Shown: one piece after another, positions 59,242 to 64,000 of the stretch
Position numbering within the stretch: position 1 is the stretch's first letter
Layout of the letters: each line of letters begins with the position of its first letter
Assembly: GCA_031385245.1 (NCBI GenBank)
Contig: JANNBH010000028.1
Span: forward strand, 26,540 to 90,539
From: Hyphomicrobiales bacterium
GTDB taxonomy: Bacteria; Pseudomonadota; Alphaproteobacteria; Rhizobiales; Aestuariivirgaceae
Length of the DNA: 64,000 nucleotides
Direction of reading: 5' to 3'
Position numbers and translations under genes: made by a program
The notes under the pieces: model-generated
What the model saw: only the letters and a program-made list of their open reading frames with translations
What the model was told of the DNA's origin: nothing
Databases searched by the model: none

Positions 59242-59997
59242 CTATAGACTCTGATGAACCTCGTCGGTGCCGATGACATTATTCCGATATCGAGATTTGT
59301 CCGACTGAGATGCATTATTCGCCACTGCATGGATGTCGTCCGAAATTGTATTGATGAATTTGACCTTACCAAGCGCAAGACCCCTCTTGTTTGCGTAGGT
59401 CTTCGCAAGATATTCTTCTGGTTCAAAACGAGTGCCTGGGTAAATCTCGTCTGCGATTTGAAGTCGATTTGAAAACTCAGTAACCGCTATTTCTTCAATA
59501 AAATAAATAATTGAGTTTTTTATTCTATCCGCTTTGGGATATCTTCCCAGCTTTCTAAAATAGGCGAAAATTTCAAGGTCGATCAAGTTTCTAAAAACTG
59601 AATCTTCCTTATAAAAGCCCTCGATTACTTTTTTAGATCGCTCAAACTTGGGATGCATGATCCAATAGTCCCATCGTGTTACCGAAAAACTATCAGCCCT
59701 AGTAAATAATATCGTCAAGGTTTTTGCATTACTTGCTAGCCACTCGTCACCCAATTTCCGTGACTCCTGCAAAGCATTCTTAGAGTTCAGCCTCAATTTC
59801 CATTCAAGATTATGGCGATGCAAAGTGTCCGACAACTGAATCTCAATTCGTTTATAACCAGCTTCAATAACGCTATCACATAGGTGCAGGAAGTTCTCCC
59901 CCGTACATTGCTTATTTCCTATGCTCACTTCAATCCGCGCAGTTAAATCGTTTTTTTTATTTTCCGCATTCAAGTTGCAGTAATTGCTACTTTTCAT
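59242..59997 (-). CDS. tRNA-dependent cyclodipeptide synthase-like protein (XYP type)
   Basis: VSIGN, SDTLHRHN, G.EWL..N, RWD.W, YFIEE, YPG motifs; GAGGT RBS upstream of ATG 59997. Confidence 0.75.
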   Translation of the reverse strand: MKSSNYCNLNAENKKNDLTARIEVSIGNKQCTGENFLHLCDSVIEAGYKRIEIQLSDTLHRHNLEWKLRLNSKNALQESRKLGDEWLASNAKTLTILFTRADSFSVTRWDYWIMHPKFERSKKVIEGFYKEDSVFRNLIDLEIFAYFRKLGRYPKADRIKNSIIYFIEEIAVTEFSNRLQIADEIYPGTRFEPEEYLAKTYANKRGLALGKVKFINTISDDIHAVANNASQSDKSRYRNNVIGTDEVHQSL

Positions 59998-60004
59998 ATT
60001 CTTA

Positions 60005-60742
60005 TCATACCTCAACATCAGTTTTTGCATCTCTATTTTTTTGTACAAAATCAACAGTCTTTGTTGCGATGGCTGATACAAGCACAATGACCGCCAACGT
60101 ACCGCCGACAAACACTTCAATTTCGTCCCAACGGTTTTCGTAACCCGGCAAAATCTTGTACATAACAAGAGCTGCGACCAATACCAGCGCGACCGGTATC
60201 AGAGTAACACTATCAACAAACATAATAAATTCTGCTGCTTGCTTTTTCTTTAATGCGTCAGTCGATTTATAATAGATCAAAAGATCAATCCCAAAATATG
60301 CAAAAAGAGGTAAGACGGTTAGCAGCGAGAGAAAACCAAAAATCAGTTTAAGGACATGGATACCGTAGGGGGAAATATTAGAATTTGTAGAATCGTGCAG
60401 CCCAACGAACTTCAACACCGTCAGTAATAGCAAAAATAAAATACCAAAACTTATGAATGTATGGAGAGTTTTATGTTCCGGCGTTGCACGTGCAATTTGA
60501 TAGTTTACTATTAGGTAGTTGCTCAATGTTACACATTTTGCTGCAAGGATCATGTGAATGAGAGTCAATGAGTTCAAAAATATTTTTGCTAAAAACAGTC
60601 CAGTAGCATAGGCAAAGCCACTTATTGCGCTATACAATAATATCTTCACAAAATAACGACCAAGATCGTCTTCCGTCAAAAATCTGAATCTCGGTACTTT
60701 AAACCTCAGTCTTGAGTTTATAGATTGAAAAAACTTCAACAT
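60005..60742 (-). CDS. Multi-pass (about 6 TM) membrane protein upstream of the CDPS-like gene
   Basis: Six hydrophobic segments; stop 7 bp before the CDPS start. Confidence 0.75.
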   Translation of the reverse strand: MLKFFQSINSRLRFKVPRFRFLTEDDLGRYFVKILLYSAISGFAYATGLFLAKIFLNSLTLIHMILAAKCVTLSNYLIVNYQIARATPEHKTLHTFISFGILFLLLLTVLKFVGLHDSTNSNISPYGIHVLKLIFGFLSLLTVLPLFAYFGIDLLIYYKSTDALKKKQAAEFIMFVDSVTLIPVALVLVAALVMYKILPGYENRWDEIEVFVGGTLAVIVLVSAIATKTVDFVQKNRDAKTDVEV

Positions 60743-60790
60743 AGAATTTGTCTGCCCTGCCGACGAATCCGCTCTAAGTAAGCAAACTTC

Positions 60791-61906
60791 TTAAAGCAAC
60801 TCAAGAGCTGCAATGTTCTGTGAAGCTCTGCCCACCGCCCCCACCATCTCCTCCCAATACCCATGCCTGTTATACACCCCTGCAATCCCTCCAAGCGTCC
60901 CAGACACATGGTTAAGCAACTTCTCGGTGACATGAATGGGTACACCAAGCTTCGCGAGGTTTGAGGAATACGTCCGCCTCAAATCATGGAGTGTGTAGTC
61001 ACTGAAAGCGAGCGGTCCATCAAAGTGAGCCTTGGACTTGCTCCACCCGTTAAACGAAAGTTCTGGTTTTCCCCGTGCTGGAAAATAGAGATCAGTTGTA
61101 CCAGCAATGCCTTCAAGAATTTCCCGCGTCAGTGCACCAATCGGAATCTTGTGTTCACGCTTGTTTTTGCAAAAACCAACGGGAAACGTGATAGCATCAT
61201 CATTCACCCATGAACGTCGAAGGCCCGCTATTTCACCACGACGCTGGCCTGTGAGAATGAGTAGTTGAACGATGGTTCCATACGGATGGCCTAATTCCTT
61301 CGCCCTCTCCAATACACTTTGCAACTCAGTGTCAGTCAGAATACGTGATCGTGATGTGTTCTTGAAACGAAGTGCTGGCATTGGCGATATCGCCAAGTAC
61401 CCACGACGCACCGCCCAGTTCATCAAAGTGCGAACCGCAACAAATGCGTGTTGTGCAGTACTTGGAGACTCTTTGAGTTCGTCAATAACATCCATGATGT
61501 CTTGACGTGATACCGCTGCCAGTTGCCCTTTGAAGTCAAAGTGTTTTGTGAGAAGACGTTGATACTCAATGAATGTTGACAACTTTGTTTTCATTCGAGC
61601 GTCTTCTAGGAACTGCTCACGAGCATCCACAAATGAGATTGTACTCGCACGTTTAGTAGGCGCATCCTGTGCGTTCCCCAACGCCGTCCGCGCAAGGGCC
61701 CGCGCTTCAGCAAGCGAGATTTTAGGATACCGACCAAGCGTGACACGTGTACGTTTCTTGCCATGGATCAGCACAAAGGTCTTGGTGCCTCCAACTGAAA
61801 CCCGAACACCAAACCCCTTAAAGCTGCCATCAAAGAATGTGTGTTGGTCGGCTGCACTGCCTTTGGGTAACGAGAGTTTCTTGACGGAGAGATCGGTAAG
61901 GTGCAT
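60791..61906 (-). CDS. Tyrosine integrase with arm-binding domain
   Basis: GFGVRV..G.KTF, TGQRRGE, KNK, HDLRRT, LNH; paralog of 33748-34872. Confidence 0.95.
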   Translation of the reverse strand: MHLTDLSVKKLSLPKGSAADQHTFFDGSFKGFGVRVSVGGTKTFVLIHGKKRTRVTLGRYPKISLAEARALARTALGNAQDAPTKRASTISFVDAREQFLEDARMKTKLSTFIEYQRLLTKHFDFKGQLAAVSRQDIMDVIDELKESPSTAQHAFVAVRTLMNWAVRRGYLAISPMPALRFKNTSRSRILTDTELQSVLERAKELGHPYGTIVQLLILTGQRRGEIAGLRRSWVNDDAITFPVGFCKNKREHKIPIGALTREILEGIAGTTDLYFPARGKPELSFNGWSKSKAHFDGPLAFSDYTLHDLRRTYSSNLAKLGVPIHVTEKLLNHVSGTLGGIAGVYNRHGYWEEMVGAVGRASQNIAALELL

Positions 61907-61909
61907 TTC

Positions 61910-61934
61910 TTAGGCTCACTTTAGGCTCACCTTT
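61910..61934 (+). repeat. Putative arm-type site (right) of island 2
   Basis: Identical to 49439-49463, immediately upstream of the int start. Confidence 0.75.
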
Positions 61935-62050
61935 AGAGTGAGTTATGAAGGAATTCCTTGTGTAGCTATGTGTATCATATAGCACCTAATACACTGAATT
62001 AAAACAGGAAATGTGTCTGTATGTGTTGGTATGTGAATTGATAGTTTTCA

Positions 62051-62097
62051 GATTTGTAATCAGGGGGTCGCGGGTTCGAATCCTGCAACCGGCACCA
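62051..62097 (+). repeat. attR core of island 2
   Basis: Exact copy of tRNA-Thr 3' 47 bp. Confidence 0.95.
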
Positions 62098-62117
62098 TTT
62101 CAATACCTTACATGAAA

Positions 62118-63383
62118 TCAGCCATAGCGATTTTGCGCCTCCACACCCAATCCCATGCCCACTGCACCAAATTGATCACCATTGACGATTTCGGCATTTG
62201 GAAAGTTTTGTGTGATTTGATTTCGCACAGAGGGGATCATGCTGGTGCCGCCCGTGAAGAAAATAACATCAATCTTGTCGGCAGCCAGTCCTGCATCACT
62301 CAAACACTTTTTGAGCGAATTTTGCAGTTTATCAAACAACGCTTGTGAGCTTTGCTCAAATCCAACCCGTGAAATTTTTAAAAGTAAATTTCTCTCCACC
62401 CAACTCAGATCAGCCTGCGTGGTCTCTGCCGTAGAAAGTTCCATCTTCGCTTGTTCAACATCCATGAGCAAACTGTGGCAGCGCCGCTCATTTACAATAT
62501 GAATGAAGCGCTCCAACAGCTCCGGCCTTTTGCTATCAAAACGCAGCGCTTTCAGGAGCGTCATAAATTTTGGTTCATAAAGTTGATGAATGCTCGACCA
62601 GGTTGATAAATCTAAAAACGGACCCGCTGGCAGCTCCAAATCGCCCTTCTTCTGTAAACTGCGATAACCAAAACTTGGCATAACATTTGAAATACTCAAC
62701 ACACGGTCAAAATCGGTGCCTCCAACTCTCACACCAGAATTGGCCAATACATCACTTTTTCGATCTTTGTTAAGGCGATTGCCACCCAACCGTACGATTG
62801 AAAAATCAGATGTGCCGCCACCAATATCAGCAATCAAAGCAAGTTTTTCAGTTGAAAGTTGGCGTTCAAATTCCAGCGCTGCTGCAACGGGCTCAAACTG
62901 AAATGACACCTCTTTGAAACCGACCGACTTTGCAATCTCATACAAATTCTTTTCTGCAAGCGTATTTGCAGCATCATCATTATCAACAAATTGAACGGGC
63001 CTTCCCATGACCACATGGGTGAGCGCCGATTGTGTTTGAGTTTCTGCTCGGGCTTTTAATTCTGAAATATATTTTGCAATAATATCAGCAAATGAAATTT
63101 TCTGTCGAAAAATTGGTGTGCGCTCCGCCAGCAAAACATTGCCAAGAATTGATTTGAGGGAGCGCATCAAACGCCCCGTTGCGCCATCCACATATGCATC
63201 AACAGCGGCGCGCCCTATCAAAAACCGATCGTCAAGTTCATGCCCAAAAAACACTGCACTTGGCACTGTGATTTTATCTTTTTCAAGGGCTGCCAAGCGC
63301 GGCACACCGCCAACACAGTAGGCCAGTGTGGAGTTGGAAGTTCCAAAATCCAACCCGCAGGCTGATGGTGAGGTGTTTTTCAT
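62118..63383 (-). CDS. Hsp70 family protein, YegD-like
   Basis: GLDFGTSNS, GRPV.F, EPVAA, DIGGGTSDFS, GG.DFD, TGG. Confidence 0.88.
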   Translation of the reverse strand: MKNTSPSACGLDFGTSNSTLAYCVGGVPRLAALEKDKITVPSAVFFGHELDDRFLIGRAAVDAYVDGATGRLMRSLKSILGNVLLAERTPIFRQKISFADIIAKYISELKARAETQTQSALTHVVMGRPVQFVDNDDAANTLAEKNLYEIAKSVGFKEVSFQFEPVAAALEFERQLSTEKLALIADIGGGTSDFSIVRLGGNRLNKDRKSDVLANSGVRVGGTDFDRVLSISNVMPSFGYRSLQKKGDLELPAGPFLDLSTWSSIHQLYEPKFMTLLKALRFDSKRPELLERFIHIVNERRCHSLLMDVEQAKMELSTAETTQADLSWVERNLLLKISRVGFEQSSQALFDKLQNSLKKCLSDAGLAADKIDVIFFTGGTSMIPSVRNQITQNFPNAEIVNGDQFGAVGMGLGVEAQNRYG

Positions 63384-63602
63384 GGGAACTTTCGCAAGGC
63401 AAATTGAAAGGTGCCGACAACTAGCGAAGCATGTGTCAAAGTCAATTCAATTTGGGTGAAAGATAAGTTGCAAATGGGCGCGCGCTGCTGACTAGGAATA
63501 TTAATATATTGCCATCTATTTGTCGAATTACCTATGTTTGAATAAATTCAAAGTTCCGACTATAGGAACGCAATCGAATTAAATTGGCTGGGGACAAGGA
63601 CA

Positions 63603-64000
63603 TTGAAAAGTTCAAAAAATGTAGTCAGCTCAGAATTTGCAACGGCATTAAAACTTCATCAGGCTGGAGAATTTCAAAAGGCAGAAGCCCTCTATCAACA
63701 CATACTTATAGTTGAGCCAAACCATCATGAATCTTTACATTTGTTGGGATTGATCGAATTTACAAAAGGAAATTTTTGAACCGCAATTACCTTTATCGAG
63801 AAAGCCTTAAGACTCTACCCAAATTTTGCGGCAGCGCATTACAATCTTGGCCGCTGCTATGAAGAGATAGAACAGCAGGATCAAGCCCTAAAATGCTATC
63901 GAGAGGCCATACGGCAAGACCCTCAGAATGTTGAAGCTTACGGTAGTATGGGTGGTGTTTTTGAGTCTCAAAAAAAATATGACAATGCTCTTGAGTTTTT
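63603..64000 (+). pseudogene. TPR repeat protein with in-frame TGA at 63777 (runs off window end)
   Basis: TTG start after AAGGA; ...HLLGLIEFTKGNF* then the same frame continues TAITFIEKAL...AHYNLG TPR consensus. Confidence 0.65.

Noticed and set aside
58860-59426. 188-aa minus-strand ORF
   Set aside because: Overlaps two better-supported genes and a G-tract intergenic region; no motifs
59998-60168. N-terminal extension of the CDPS-like ORF given in the ORF track (similarly the Sir2 extension 55551-55622 and precursor extension 23160-23249)
   Set aside because: The CDPS and precursor extensions overlap upstream genes and have RBS-supported internal ATGs; the Sir2 extension runs into the divergent promoter gap and has no domain content
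63777-63779. Selenocysteine or alternative-code TGA
   Set aside because: Position is not a Cys/redox site, no convincing SECIS hairpin follows, and TGA is used as a normal stop elsewhere in the window

Overview
Alphaproteobacterial chromosome segment (Hyphomicrobiales-like gene order; inference). The core backbone has ntrC(partial)-ntrB-dusB, ispDF, a CinA-family gene, glmS-glmU, a polar amino-acid ABC transporter with an M20 hydrolase, an 8-oxoguanine deaminase-like gene, an ATPase-less ydc-type polyamine ABC set, tgt-queA, two cyclophilins, rlmB, a YegD-like Hsp70 and a disrupted TPR gene. Two related integrative elements interrupt it. Island 1 (about 26.7 kb) is inserted in tRNA-Lys(TTT) with 46-bp att repeats at 8320-8365 and 35029-35074. 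Island 2 (about 12.7 kb) is inserted in tRNA-Thr(TGT) with 47-bp att repeats at 49356-49402 and 62051-62097. They share paralogous tyrosine integrases, DinJ-YafQ modules with an identical 20-bp operator, and coupling-protein-like ATPases. Island 1 also carries a primase-like gene, a replication-relaxation gene, a methyltransferase/NTF2-TM/kinase/divergent-dUTPase module, a HigA-nuclease-like giant protein, a 196-nt branched inverted-repeat structure, and a candidate new RiPP cluster (YcaO, SARP-TPR regulator, NHLP-like precursor ending RIGDYTICGCR, heme peroxidase). Island 2 is a defence hot spot with a minimal CBASS, Sir2-HerA and a large serine recombinase. It also holds an unexplained two-gene operon of a multi-TM protein plus a cyclodipeptide-synthase-like enzyme, a candidate new signalling or defence system. 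All calls come from motif reading only; no database searches were run.
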